From an uncultured Ruficoccus sp. (lineage in GTDB: Bacteria; Verrucomicrobiota; Verrucomicrobiia; Opitutales; Cerasicoccaceae), in contig OZ223481.1 in NCBI GenBank assembly GCA_965140785.1, positions 448,001 to 512,000 of the forward strand: a stretch of DNA of 64,000 nt. Reading direction: 5' to 3'. The position numbers and the translations under genes are program-made. Below are positions 20,277-30,735 of the stretch, piece by piece; position 1 is the first letter of the stretch, and each line of letters starts with the position of its first letter. The notes under the pieces were generated by a model. That model saw only the letters and a list, made by a program, of their open reading frames with translations, did not search any database and was not told the origin of the DNA.

Positions 20277-21656
20277 ATGACCATGAAATCCCCGAACGTA
20301 GTTATCTTTTTTACTGACCAGCAGCGCTGGGACACCCTCGGCCTCAATGGCAATCCTCTTGGATTGACCTCCAATTTCGACCTTTACGCGCGGCAAGGGA
20401 CATTTTTGAAAAACGCTGTGACGTGCCAGCCGGTGTGCGGCCCTGCGCGCAGTTGCCTGCAGACCGGGCAATATGCGACCACGACAGGTGTCTGGTGCAA
20501 CGGGAATGCGTTGGATACGAATGCCGTTACACTGGCCAAGAGCTTTAAACAGGCTGGATACCGTACCGGCTACATTGGCAAGTGGCACTTGGCAGGCCTG
20601 GAGCAGCGACTCGGCCCGGTGAGCGAGCATTTGCGCGGGGGGTACCAAGATTGGCTAGCGGCAGATATCGTGGAAACGACAAGCGGCCCTTACAGCACTA
20701 TTCTATGGAACGAAAGCAACGAGCCTGTCCGTTTGCCTGGTTACCGGGTGGATGCGATGACGGATGCCGCGATCCGCTACATCAACGATCGTGCACAGGA
20801 GCCGGAAACGCCTTTCATGCTCTGCCTGTCCCTGCTGGAGCCGCATCATCAAAATACGGACGATAGCTATCCCGCGCCTCCGGGCTATGAGGCGTCTTAT
20901 CGGGGGCGTTGGACACCACCGGATTTACAGGCGCTCGGTGGCAGCACGGCGCAGCACCTGGCGGGCTATTGCGGTATGGTTAAACGCATCGATGAAGCCC
21001 TCGGGCGTGTGATGGACTCGCTGAAATCTCTCGAGATTGACGAGAATACTATTGTCGCATTCGTCAGCGACCATGGATGTCATTTCAAGACGCGCAATGC
21101 CGAATACAAGCGCACCCCGCATGAGAGTTCAGTGCGTATCCCGTTGGCTTTTTGGGGGCCGGGGTTTAATGGGGGCGGTGAGCTGAACGAAGCGGCCGGC
21201 TTGATTAATCTGCCTCCGACCTTGCTGGATGCTGCGGGTATCAAGGTGCCGGACACCATGCAGGCACGTTCCTTGTTGCCGCTTTTGCGCCGGGAGCGCA
21301 ACGACTGGCCGGAAGAGTCGTATATTCAATTCGGAGATTTGAATCAGGCAACCGGGCGCGCGCTGCGTAGCAAGCGCTGGAAGTACGCCATCAGCATTCC
21401 TGAAGGCAACAAGCCTTGCCAGTATTCCGACCGCTATGTGGAAACGCATTTGTACGACCTTCAGGCGGATCCTTATGAGTTGAGAAACCTTCTCGAAGAG
21501 CAGGTATACACCCCCGTGCGCGAGCACTTCCGGGAGCGGATGCATCAATGGATGGCGTTGATTGGAGAACCCGCGGCGGAGATCTCAGCTGCCCGGACCA
21601 AGCCCTCGGGGCAGTTGCGTATTGATTACCCCTGTGGGGAGGAAGGCGTCGAATAG
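20277..21656 (+). CDS. Sulfatase (S1 family)
   Basis: PNVVIFFTDQQRWD, CGPARSCLQTG, GKWHL, SDHG, LYDLQADPYE. Confidence 0.93.
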   Translation: MTMKSPNVVIFFTDQQRWDTLGLNGNPLGLTSNFDLYARQGTFLKNAVTCQPVCGPARSCLQTGQYATTTGVWCNGNALDTNAVTLAKSFKQAGYRTGYIGKWHLAGLEQRLGPVSEHLRGGYQDWLAADIVETTSGPYSTILWNESNEPVRLPGYRVDAMTDAAIRYINDRAQEPETPFMLCLSLLEPHHQNTDDSYPAPPGYEASYRGRWTPPDLQALGGSTAQHLAGYCGMVKRIDEALGRVMDSLKSLEIDENTIVAFVSDHGCHFKTRNAEYKRTPHESSVRIPLAFWGPGFNGGGELNEAAGLINLPPTLLDAAGIKVPDTMQARSLLPLLRRERNDWPEESYIQFGDLNQATGRALRSKRWKYAISIPEGNKPCQYSDRYVETHLYDLQADPYELRNLLEEQVYTPVREHFRERMHQWMALIGEPAAEISAARTKPSGQLRIDYPCGEEGVE

Positions 21657-21708
21657 ATGTCCAACCCGTCCAGGGGCTGGTTTATATTAATCTCCGGACC
21701 AAGGGGAG

Positions 21709-22289
21709 TGACCGTGTCCACGCAAACTGGGCCGCATGCAACGTTAGTCTGAGTGCTTAGAAAGGACTCAGATCATGAAAGGCAAGCGATACAGTACAGA
21801 ACAGAAGATTCGCATTTTACGGGCTGCCGATGCTGGCAAACCCATCATAGATGTCTGCCGCGAGGCAGGGATAAGCGAGCAGAGTTTCCATCGCTGGAAG
21901 AGGGTACCGAGCCTGTGCCGATAGGCACGGCGACACTCAAGCGAAGCGAAGACATGTCTCAACCGCGAGTGGTTTTACACGCTCACCGAGGCACGCGTGG
22001 TCATCGAAGATTGGCGCTGGTACCGAGGAGCGTAGCGACGACACTAGCGTAGCGCCCAGTATAACAACATCCGACCTCACCGTTCCCTCGGACTGCTCAC
22101 GCCGCTCGAGTTTGCGGCAAAAGAAACAGCACCAGAACTCTTCGAAACCAACCTCCAAGGCATGGGCTACACTCGGGCTACGCCCTCACTCCGCCCAAGC
22201 CTTGACACCCTCTATAACCTAACACTCAATCACATCATTAACCCGCTCAGACTAACTCTTAATGCGGTACAGTTTGCGTAGGCAGGTCA
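21709..22289 (+). mobile_element. Internally deleted IS3-family element (TG...CA ends) retaining the orfA N-terminus and orfB C-terminus
   Basis: About 45-bp imperfect TIRs TGACCGTGTCCACGCAAACTG..GTTAGTCTGAG / CTCAGACTAAC..CAGTTTGCGTAGGCAGGTCA; MKGKRYSTEQKIRIL..CREAGISEQSFHRWK from 21775; CLNREWF..YNNIRPHRSLG. Confidence 0.85.
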
Positions 22290-22873
22290 AGATGACTGCC
22301 GCTGGCGTCATCTCGGGCAACGTGAACATTCGCGTCGCAAAAAGCGACGACTGGAAACCGCTCTGCGAGTTTATAAAAGTGCCGGAAAAAGTCGCCACCC
22401 AGCCATCGCCTATCGGAGTCGGACCCACCTCTTCGGAACCAGCCGCCGTGATCTCTTTTTCGAATCGATACGTTTCGCGTTGGCCGAATGCGTTCATCAT
22501 CGGCGGCGTCATTTTTCTGTTTGCCTTCTGGCTCTATGCCTGGAGCGCTAATCATCTGCGGCCCGGGGGATTTGACTGGCACCTTTACTTGGCCAACGCC
22601 GTGGTTGAGATGGGCATTTTGGCCATCCTGCTTCTCGGCATAAAAGCTCTGCGGGATGCCCGGAAGCGATCTCCGGTTAAATCAGTCCTGCCTAAATTCT
22701 GCGTCAGCTTTTTGCTGGTTCTTCTGTTTCTGATGGCGCTCCCATGTGCCTTTTTCGTGGTCAACCTCTACTCGGCCTACAACGCCTATACGGCGAAACA
22801 GGCTTTCGTTGAGGTTGCCCCGGAGCAATTCAGGGTGTCTGCTTGCAGTCGTGCTCATCCTGATCGGTCCTGA
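22290..22873 (+). CDS. Hypothetical membrane protein, probably truncated at its 5' end by the IS
   Basis: Three hydrophobic segments; the ORF opens inside the IS end (22262). Confidence 0.45.
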
Positions 22874-23072
22874 CCTCAATGCCGCCCGCTGTCATCCCGA
22901 GTCGTACTACCGAGACTGGGCCGCTGCCGAACTCGATGGCGAAACCGAGGTTGTCCTTCCCAATGGCACCCGTTGCGACATCCTCACGGATCAATACGCG
23001 CTCGAGGTGGACTTTGCCGACAAGTGGGCCGAAGCCCTCGGCCAGTGCCTCAACTACGCTCCTGAATGGTAA
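22830..23072 (+). pseudogene. Truncated PD-(D/E)xK-like small protein
   Basis: GTRCDILTDQYALEVDFADKWAEALGQCLNYA followed by an early stop; no clear start codon. Confidence 0.5.
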
Positions 23073-23269
23073 GGTTCTCAGGCTGGTGACAACCTGCCAG
23101 CTCGATCACAGTGGGGAGTCAGTTCACGTCAGAGATAAGTGCCTTCAAGCGCTGGCCGGCCATGATGTGTTGCAGCCATCGAATGATAGCAGGCACACGC
23201 AGCGAAGGCTCACTCAGGTTGGGCACAAATTGGTTCTCATCCACAGTCTTCGTAGCCTGGCGCCCATTG

Positions 23270-23450
23270 CCTTTATGCCAGATCCCATTGTGCCCATGCA
23301 GTATCCATGATCAGAGCTGAAAATGACGATCGTGTCGTTCAACAATCCGCTGGTATCGAGCGCATCCATGACTTTCCCTACCGTAGGCACCGATGCTCCA
23401 GGCAGCCTGATCATCGACATAAATGAAACAGATAGTCGGATGTAACCTTT
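23270..23450 (-). pseudogene. Sulfatase remnant with a large internal deletion
   Basis: N-terminal PTICFIYVDDQAAWSIGAYG joined out of frame to VGKVMDALDTSGLLNDTIVIFSSDHG. Confidence 0.7.
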
Positions 23451-23519
23451 TTTTGTTTAATGAATATCTACAGGACGACGTAAGGATGAAATGACAACGT
23501 GATGACGGGAGGCCGCCTA

Positions 23520-24437
23520 TCAAAGTAGATCCGCCAGAGCAGGCCGGGCTTCGAGGGCCTTGATGGCAGTGGTGATTTTTGCCAATTCGGAGTCATGAAA
23601 CCCCTCGAAGGGCGAGGCGAGGCGGCGATTGCACAGACCACGGACTTCCAACGCACCCTTGATGCCTTTGATGATGCTGGATCCATGCTTGCCGACAGTA
23701 AAAAGCCTGCAAGCAATCTCCACCACTTCACGCTGCAAGGTTTCCGCTTCATCGATTCGGCCCTGTTGTATGTATTCGAAAATGCTCACGTACACTTTTG
23801 GAAAGACATTGGCGCCCCCACAGATGCCTCCATTGCCTCCGGCCAGCAGAAACTCGGCGAGCAAGTCCTCCGGACCGATGAACAGGCTCAGGTCACGGTC
23901 AGCGATCAGCCTTCTCACCTTTTTGAAATAGGAAAGATCGCCGGAGCTGTCTTTCAGGCCCAGGCAATTAGGCATGTCAAAACACAACTCCAGTACATCC
24001 ATCGGGAGGGAGACCTTGGTCAGGGCGGGCATGTTGTAGAGAAAGAACGGGAGACTTAAATGGTCCGCCATTTTTCTGACAAAATTCTGCAACTCTGGTC
24101 CACCGGGGATGAAATAATAAGGGGGCGTGAATGCGACAGCATCGGCACCGGCATGCCTGGCGTAGTCAGCGAGCGCGAGCGATTCGGCGTACGCGGTATC
24201 GCTGACATTGACGATAACCGGAATGCGCCCATTTACCTTTTCCGTCACCGTGTCGATGTATTGCCGTCTCATCGCGTAGCTCAGACTTGGGCCTTCTCCT
24301 GTCGTGCCGAGGATAAAGAGTCCATGTACGCCGCCTGTAATCACGTGCTCGATCATGCGGTGGGTCGCCTCCAGGTCCAGGGACTCGTCAGCGTTGAGGG
24401 GAGTAATGAGGGGAGGAATAATGCCGCGAAAGTTCAT
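23520..24437 (-). CDS. DHDPS / N-acetylneuraminate lyase family aldolase
   Basis: GIIPPLITP, LGTTGE, PPYY, LYNMP, GLKDSSGD. Confidence 0.9.
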   Translation of the reverse strand: MNFRGIIPPLITPLNADESLDLEATHRMIEHVITGGVHGLFILGTTGEGPSLSYAMRRQYIDTVTEKVNGRIPVIVNVSDTAYAESLALADYARHAGADAVAFTPPYYFIPGGPELQNFVRKMADHLSLPFFLYNMPALTKVSLPMDVLELCFDMPNCLGLKDSSGDLSYFKKVRRLIADRDLSLFIGPEDLLAEFLLAGGNGGICGGANVFPKVYVSIFEYIQQGRIDEAETLQREVVEIACRLFTVGKHGSSIIKGIKGALEVRGLCNRRLASPFEGFHDSELAKITTAIKALEARPALADLL

Positions 24438-24465
24438 GATAGAGGTGCTTGTCAGATTTTGATGA

Positions 24466-25584
24466 CTATTGGATGGTGGATTGACGGAAGGATTCAAATC
24501 GATGGAAAGTCAGGTAATTGGCATCGTGCGCGCTATGAGCGCCGCCGTCTGCGTCATCATACGCGGTGCGCACGGTGGCCACGATGTCCTCGCCGTCGAA
24601 TAACCAATCGGCGTACTGAAAACCATGATCCTGCCTATCCGGGTGATGAACCAAGCGGCGCACCACTGTCCAACTCCTCAGATCTTTCGAGCAACTCAGC
24701 GAGAGGGTATTTCTGACCAGCGCGGCATTATCCTCGGAGTCCCAGTCAGGCGTATCGTTGACAAGCGACCAATAGCATCGGGTCGAGGGATCGTACCGGA
24801 CGCTGAATTTCGTCGCCCCGCCGGGAAAGTCCATGAACCCAGCCTCCGGCTCAAAATCAAGCCGGTCCCCCGAGGGGGCGACTTGGGCGAGAGCGGCCTT
24901 TCCGCCCGGTGAGTAATCGACACGCAACAGGTTCGCCACCCCCCCGTCGGGAGTCGGCACGGCATTGCCCTCCAACCAGGCTCTGAATCGCCCGCCCAGC
25001 CAACTTCTTGAGTGTGGAAGCGTGTTGGAAAAGCGCCAGTTCTTACGGAACAACAGGTCCTCTCCCGCCGGCGCTGAGATCATCATGGGGCTGTATCGCT
25101 CTCCCCAGTTGGGACCATTGCCGGCGTCTTCAACCGCGCGCCAGAGAAAACCATTCTGTTCGATAACGGGAACCGGCGCGGTATGGAACTGGCCCGCTGG
25201 TGTCAGCAGTCCGGTATGCTCATCCACGGGCGTCGTCCATGTCCTGCCACCATCTTCACTGCGGCGAATCACCACGAGCCCGTGGTGGAAAGTGGTCCCA
25301 AGAATATAAAGTAGCCCCGCATGGACAAACAAGCCTCCCCAAAACATATTTTCCAGCTTGGCCAGCGGCTCCCAGCTCGCCCCTCGGTCGCGGCTATGAT
25401 AGACGAATGTCCTACCGTTTATGTGCTCACTGCTTCCTGGCCCGAACTGGTCATGCGAGGCAACATAGGTGCCATCCGGAAGGATAGCCAGGCTGGGAGA
25501 GCCAACATAATTTCCATTTCGGCTGGGAAAGTGATTGATAACAACTCCTGGTGGCACAGGCAATTCACTGATTTGAGAACTCAT
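24466..25584 (-). CDS. Sialidase-like BNR-repeat beta-propeller protein
   Basis: Asp-boxes SRDRGASW and SEDGGRTW; GSPSL, WLEGN, HGFQY; start at MSSQ. Confidence 0.8.
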   Translation of the reverse strand: MSSQISELPVPPGVVINHFPSRNGNYVGSPSLAILPDGTYVASHDQFGPGSSEHINGRTFVYHSRDRGASWEPLAKLENMFWGGLFVHAGLLYILGTTFHHGLVVIRRSEDGGRTWTTPVDEHTGLLTPAGQFHTAPVPVIEQNGFLWRAVEDAGNGPNWGERYSPMMISAPAGEDLLFRKNWRFSNTLPHSRSWLGGRFRAWLEGNAVPTPDGGVANLLRVDYSPGGKAALAQVAPSGDRLDFEPEAGFMDFPGGATKFSVRYDPSTRCYWSLVNDTPDWDSEDNAALVRNTLSLSCSKDLRSWTVVRRLVHHPDRQDHGFQYADWLFDGEDIVATVRTAYDDADGGAHSAHDANYLTFHRFESFRQSTIQ

Positions 25585-26686
25585 AAACGATTTGGCTTCT
25601 GAATGTTTCTCCCGGGCGTAAAACTGCCGAGGGAAATGTCGGATGGTTGGGGGCATCTGCAAAATTTTGCGGTTCCAGGCAGATGGCCGAGAACTGGGGA
25701 TAGGTCGTGCCCCCCTTGCCCGTGATCGTGCCATCCAGCGAATTGGCCGGATAGCAATGTAGGCCCGGTTGGTCGGTGAATATCTTGAGGCGGCGGCCGC
25801 TCGAGGGGTCGAATAATTCAGCGGCAAGAACCAGGTCATTATCGGCCATAGGCGCAAGCACAAAGGTATGGTCCACGTAGCGAGGCGGGTGCTCATCATA
25901 GAGCCTGTCAGCCAGTACTGTCGGCTGCGTAAAATCCAGCTTTGTGCCCGCGACTGGCTTTAGCTTACCCGTGGGGATCCAGTCTTTATCCGTTTCCACG
26001 TAAAATTCTGCCGGCACGGTCAATCGGTGCTGATCCACCAGCCCCTGTCCGGAAAGGTTGAGATACAGGTGGCTCGTCGGATTATAAATCGTGGGTTGAT
26101 CGGTTTGTGCGGTGAACTCGATTTTCAGTGCGTGTTGCAGGAGCGTGTAGGTCACGGTAGCCGTGAGATTGCCCGGGTACCCTTCCTCACCATCGGGGCT
26201 GATCCGCTGAAAGCGGACCGACGGCGGGGATTGGGAAAGGACGGCTCCCTGCCAAAGTTTTTTGTCGAAGCCGGAAACGCCGCCGTGCAGATGGTGCTTT
26301 TCTTGGTGGGCGGTATCGTTGAGCGTGAGCTGGTAGGGCTTGCCATCGAGAGAAAACCGCCCGCCCCGTATGCGATTCGCGTAACGCCCGATCACCGAAC
26401 CAAAATAGGGGTTCTTGCCGAGATAATCCTCGAACCGATCGAAGCCCAGTACGACATCAGCCTGGTGATCACTCGCATCAGGGACCAACAGCCGAACGAC
26501 GGTGGCTCCGTAGTTCATTACATCCAACTGGATGCCGCTTGGCACCTTTAGTGTATAGAGAATAACTGCTCTTCCGTCCGGCATCGCACCGAAGGGCTTC
26601 GAAGTAACGCCGGCCCAGGCTGATGCCACCAAGAGCGGCAGGCAGGACACCGCCAGTAGGCGTCGAAAATGACGCAAAAGCTTCAT
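25565..26686 (-). CDS. galM: Aldose 1-epimerase (mutarotase) with signal peptide
   Basis: YFGSVIGRYANRI, HLHGG, GYPGNL, NPTSHLYLNL, CLEPQ. Confidence 0.92.
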   Translation of the reverse strand: MKLLRHFRRLLAVSCLPLLVASAWAGVTSKPFGAMPDGRAVILYTLKVPSGIQLDVMNYGATVVRLLVPDASDHQADVVLGFDRFEDYLGKNPYFGSVIGRYANRIRGGRFSLDGKPYQLTLNDTAHQEKHHLHGGVSGFDKKLWQGAVLSQSPPSVRFQRISPDGEEGYPGNLTATVTYTLLQHALKIEFTAQTDQPTIYNPTSHLYLNLSGQGLVDQHRLTVPAEFYVETDKDWIPTGKLKPVAGTKLDFTQPTVLADRLYDEHPPRYVDHTFVLAPMADNDLVLAAELFDPSSGRRLKIFTDQPGLHCYPANSLDGTITGKGGTTYPQFSAICLEPQNFADAPNHPTFPSAVLRPGETFRSQIVYEFSNQ

Positions 26687-29013
26687 GGGGTTGGCGCGCG
26701 ATTGGCGGTGGGAGTACTCGGACGCTGGGCGATCCACGTCCCGCACCATTGGGTGCTGGCGAGGATTTGATCGGGATCAAACGGATCAAAAGCGATTGAG
26801 CGCAGCCTCCAAACTGCAAGCGTGGGATTGAACAGCGATGTCCATGTCTTCCCTCCGTCTTCTGTCAATAGCAGGGCATACCCGATGCGACCAAGGGCAT
26901 CGGCATTGTGTTGCACCGTGTAGATGAGGGCTCGCGACACTCCAGTGTCCGAGTTTTCCACGGCGATGAGTTCGACCTGGCTCTTGCCCGTCCAGACTTC
27001 GCTCCAGGTTTCCCCGCTATCCGTGCTCTTCCAGGCTGCGCCTTCGCCCCCGACCCACCATTCCGCACCGGATGGTGTATCGACAATTTCGATACAAGTT
27101 GCCGGGCCGGGTGTCGCCATTGCCTCCCAGCTACGCGCACCATCCGTAGACCTGAAAAGCTTTCCCTCGCTGACCAAGGCCAATTGGCTCCCGTCCGGGT
27201 TGGTGGCAAAGACATTCTGCCGCGGGTCGTACCGTCCTGTCACGTCGATGGGCGGCAGACCCAGATTAACCCTGCGCGACCAAGTCTTGCCTTGATCGGT
27301 GGACACATAGACGCCCCCTCCGTCCTCGGGGCCGCCGTTGACCGGAAGAAAATAGAGGTTGGCATCGGCGGCGATCGCCGGGGCGCCCAGGCGCCAGAAG
27401 TTATCCTCAGGCAGCCCCTGCATGGCCCGCGACCAATGCACGCCCCGGTCTTCGCTCCTGACGACGGTGGCACTATTCATCACGGCCACCAGCGTGTCCG
27501 GGTCGAGGGCATCCTGCACCACAGCGCTGGCGTGATGGTTCGTATTGTTGGAGGGCTGTCGGGCCCCCGTGGTTCGCTGTGTGGTCGGGTTTGACGGGTG
27601 CTCGGAGTAGATCAGCAAATCGTGATCCCAGACACCCAGATAGTAGCGGCCGGGGATGTCGATATCGGGCAGTACTGTTACCATGCACGACTGTTCGGCT
27701 CCATAAGGGTGAATTTCCCAGCTGCGTCCCCCATCGTCACTGCGCCAAGTGCCAAAGAAGTCACAGGCGAATAATGTATTCGGAAGAACTGGATGAAAAT
27801 ATATCTGGTTGGTATGCCAGCCCATGTGACCTTCATTGAGCATCCAACCCGCCGGAGCGCGTCGGTCTTCGATCGGGAGACGTCTCCAGGTTTTTCCGCC
27901 GTCGAAGCTTTCAAAATAGGCGCGAATTACGTCTGCGGTTACAATGAGATGTCCGGGCTTGAAAGGATCGGTGTCGAGGGCGCGATAGAGGTAGGAGTAA
28001 AAGCGTCCCGTATCCCCGTTTGCCTCCAGCGGCAGCCCGGTGTTAATGGACTGCCAATCCTGCCCGGCATCTGTCGTTTTAAACACACCATCCGTTCCGC
28101 AGACGGCATAGAGGATGGAGGGGTCGCCGGCGTCGAACTGAAAATTGTAAACATCCTTTGCGTGAAGTCCCATCCTTTGCCAGGATATTCCCTGATCGAG
28201 CGAGCGGTAGATGCCGCCGGGGGCGTCGGGATGATTTACGGCGGAGGCCCACAAGATTTTCGGGTCCTGAGGATCAAACCGCATGCCACTGACCTGTGCC
28301 TGATCGAGTCCTGAGACCTTCCATGTCTTTCCGGCATCCTCGCTGATCCAGATGCCGCCTGCACCATTGTTGTGCTTGGAATCAATCGCATAAATCCGTG
28401 AGCGGTTGGCCGGGTCGATCAGAATTCCGTTCGCCCCGGATTTTTTTGCCATACGCCCCTCTCCCGCTACGGCAACCTGGCCGGAGATCCATTCCCAGGA
28501 CCGGCCCGCATCAGTCGACCTGACGATGCCGGATGGCTCCTCCCACGTTCGGGAAATGGACGCATAAAGAACCTCCGAATCAATCGGATCGATAGCCAAG
28601 GTACCGATGCCGTAGTTGCCGTTGGCCAGCCCTTGCAGGCCATTGTTGACAGAGAACCAGTGCTGTCCCCCATCCTGGGTTTTCTTAATGCCTGCGACAT
28701 CGGAAGTTTGGTAAATGACCTGCGGGTCGTCAGGATCAAACTGTAATCCGGTATTGCTGCCGCCATTGCCAATGGCCAAGGGATGCCATTGCCATTCTCC
28801 GAGGGGGGCTTGCGGTACTTGCACCTGACCGCCGTAAAAGCTCACGAAACTGGAGGGTATGTCTATGGAGTGCGGGAGGTTGGAGCCGTCGTCTTTTTGC
28901 GTATGAGGCTCCGTGGGGGTCCAATCGCATCCCGACAAGCCGGGTAAAGCAATGAACAGCAATCCCAACTGTAGCCCGGCGGTCCAAGTCGTCTTGAAGG
29001 TGTTACCAGTCAT
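26683..29013 (-). CDS. BNR-repeat double-propeller lipoprotein (GH74/VPS10-like)
   Basis: Lipobox LSGC; many SxDxGxTW Asp-boxes; GNGG...SDVAG N-terminal motif as in GH74. Confidence 0.8.
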   Translation of the reverse strand: MTGNTFKTTWTAGLQLGLLFIALPGLSGCDWTPTEPHTQKDDGSNLPHSIDIPSSFVSFYGGQVQVPQAPLGEWQWHPLAIGNGGSNTGLQFDPDDPQVIYQTSDVAGIKKTQDGGQHWFSVNNGLQGLANGNYGIGTLAIDPIDSEVLYASISRTWEEPSGIVRSTDAGRSWEWISGQVAVAGEGRMAKKSGANGILIDPANRSRIYAIDSKHNNGAGGIWISEDAGKTWKVSGLDQAQVSGMRFDPQDPKILWASAVNHPDAPGGIYRSLDQGISWQRMGLHAKDVYNFQFDAGDPSILYAVCGTDGVFKTTDAGQDWQSINTGLPLEANGDTGRFYSYLYRALDTDPFKPGHLIVTADVIRAYFESFDGGKTWRRLPIEDRRAPAGWMLNEGHMGWHTNQIYFHPVLPNTLFACDFFGTWRSDDGGRSWEIHPYGAEQSCMVTVLPDIDIPGRYYLGVWDHDLLIYSEHPSNPTTQRTTGARQPSNNTNHHASAVVQDALDPDTLVAVMNSATVVRSEDRGVHWSRAMQGLPEDNFWRLGAPAIAADANLYFLPVNGGPEDGGGVYVSTDQGKTWSRRVNLGLPPIDVTGRYDPRQNVFATNPDGSQLALVSEGKLFRSTDGARSWEAMATPGPATCIEIVDTPSGAEWWVGGEGAAWKSTDSGETWSEVWTGKSQVELIAVENSDTGVSRALIYTVQHNADALGRIGYALLLTEDGGKTWTSLFNPTLAVWRLRSIAFDPFDPDQILASTQWCGTWIAQRPSTPTANRAPTP

Positions 29014-29689
29014 GGCGGTAACGACCCTGAACGCCGGTTCGCGGGTAATAGTCTACATGTCCGTCCAGAAAACAGACATTGTACCCGTCACCAAGCTCCA
29101 TGCCATTATAGTTCGCACTGGTAAATTCCCAGGAGGCATCGGCAAAAATCGCCCGCTTGTCTGGGTCAGACTGCTCATAGAGCTCCACGGCTGGCGTTTG
29201 CCCCACGACGAAGCGGATGCCGTTCGGCGTGACTTGAAAGGAGCCGAGAGCATGCGCGTACGAAGTCGCCTTTCCACTGGCATACTGATGATAAAAGACT
29301 TCATCCCCTGGATCTCTCCAAACTTTCTCACTCTCGCTCAGATAGGGCGTCAGGTCGCGATAGAGGGACGCGTTTGCGTTCTTGTTTTCGTCCGCCATGG
29401 AGTCGATGATGAAAGGGGTGTTTTGCGTAGCCCCTGGAATGTATCCTTGGTTGTCTGTCACATAGAGGTGAAAAGCCTCTCCGATAGAGCGGAGATTCGA
29501 GGCCGACGCAATCTGCTGGCTCTTTTTCACCGTAGAGCGCACTGCCGTAAAGACGAGGGTGCCCAGGATGATGATGACGGCCAGGGCGGCAAGAAGCTCA
29601 ATGAGCGAAAAGCCCGCCGGTGAATGACTGTGTTGTTTTATCTGCACGGAATGGGGGACAAGAGGGGTGAAAGGGATTTTCTGGGCCAA
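29003..29689 (-). CDS. Prepilin-type N-terminal cleavage/methylation protein with C-terminal N..F.DGHV motif
   Basis: GFSLIELL, SNLRSIG, YNVCFLDGHV. Confidence 0.88.
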   Translation of the reverse strand: MAQKIPFTPLVPHSVQIKQHSHSPAGFSLIELLAALAVIIILGTLVFTAVRSTVKKSQQIASASNLRSIGEAFHLYVTDNQGYIPGATQNTPFIIDSMADENKNANASLYRDLTPYLSESEKVWRDPGDEVFYHQYASGKATSYAHALGSFQVTPNGIRFVVGQTPAVELYEQSDPDKRAIFADASWEFTSANYNGMELGDGYNVCFLDGHVDYYPRTGVQGRYRHDW

Positions 29690-29879
29690 TGTTAATCCTG
29701 CTTATACCGGGTGTACTACCGGATCGTTGACCGATGTAATCCACTTCACCACCCTGGTGGCCGAGGATGTCGGCTACCGGGGTGATGGCGTGAACAATAG
29801 GGGTTCCCATGATCGCTATCGGTGTAAGGCCACTTTGGGAGTATGTAGCCCTGGGGATTTGGCCATCGTCCCTAGCATA

Positions 29880-30704
29880 TTATGCCTTTTTGCGCTGCCG
29901 GGCAAGCAGGCAGACCATCAATAAGATGGCGGCCAGCCCCCATGCAGACTGGGAGGGCTCGGGAATGGCGGTGCCAGGATTAGAAAACAAATAGGATACC
30001 TCCTCCGAGGTAAGAGCGCCGGCATATGACTGTATGTCGTAGATGTAGCCACTGTATTGGGTGTCGAGATAGCCTGAACCGCCAAAGTCGAAATTACCGA
30101 ATCTCAGGCTCGCTGTTGCGGTGAAGTTGGCCAGTGTCCCTGTTCCGGTGGAGGAACCGTTGATGTAGAGCTCTGTGCCATTTGAATCCCATGTGAGGAC
30201 AACATGTGTCCAGTTATTGGGCGCAAGCGTGTTCTCGGCCAGAATGTTGCTGGAGCCGCCTAACCTAGAACGCAGGTCTGCGGGGTTATTGCCCGGGTCG
30301 GGAATATACAGCTGCATGCCATCCCCAAAATTAGGCTGATAGATAATGTAATCCGCGTTGCCATCCGCAACTGCCGTGGCGCGATTGAGCCACAGGCTCA
30401 AGGAGCCCGAGGTGTGGTCCAGTACAGAATTAGTCAGCGCGAAGCCCGACTTCTTCGTATCGGAGTTTTGGCCGAGAAATATTGAGGTGCTCAGCCCTGT
30501 AGCGCCCGTGGGGGCTGCCGTTACGTAGGAGGGGGCTTCCGTATTGATGCCGTTCCCGGTCGCGGTGCCGGCGATAGTCCCGACAGAGTCGTTCAGATTA
30601 TTGGAAAACTCATAGCGATGGATGAGGGTGGAGCCATCGCACAAGTAGGGGATGCTCGCGATGACGAACAAGATAGCGGATAGTTTTGGGTATTTGTTTT
30701 TCAT
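29880..30704 (-). CDS. PEP-CTERM protein with LamG/concanavalin-like domain
   Basis: Signal peptide, WTHVVLTW..LYING, C-terminal IPEPS-TM-RQRKK. Confidence 0.88.
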   Translation of the reverse strand: MKNKYPKLSAILFVIASIPYLCDGSTLIHRYEFSNNLNDSVGTIAGTATGNGINTEAPSYVTAAPTGATGLSTSIFLGQNSDTKKSGFALTNSVLDHTSGSLSLWLNRATAVADGNADYIIYQPNFGDGMQLYIPDPGNNPADLRSRLGGSSNILAENTLAPNNWTHVVLTWDSNGTELYINGSSTGTGTLANFTATASLRFGNFDFGGSGYLDTQYSGYIYDIQSYAGALTSEEVSYLFSNPGTAIPEPSQSAWGLAAILLMVCLLARQRKKA

Positions 30705-30735
30705 GGGAATAAGGATTCGAGGTGAAAAAAGTTAA

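Noticed and set aside
24466..25899. 477-aa full-length call for the sialidase-like ORF
   Set aside because: The first ~105 codons overlap galM in another frame; the likely start is ATG 25584.
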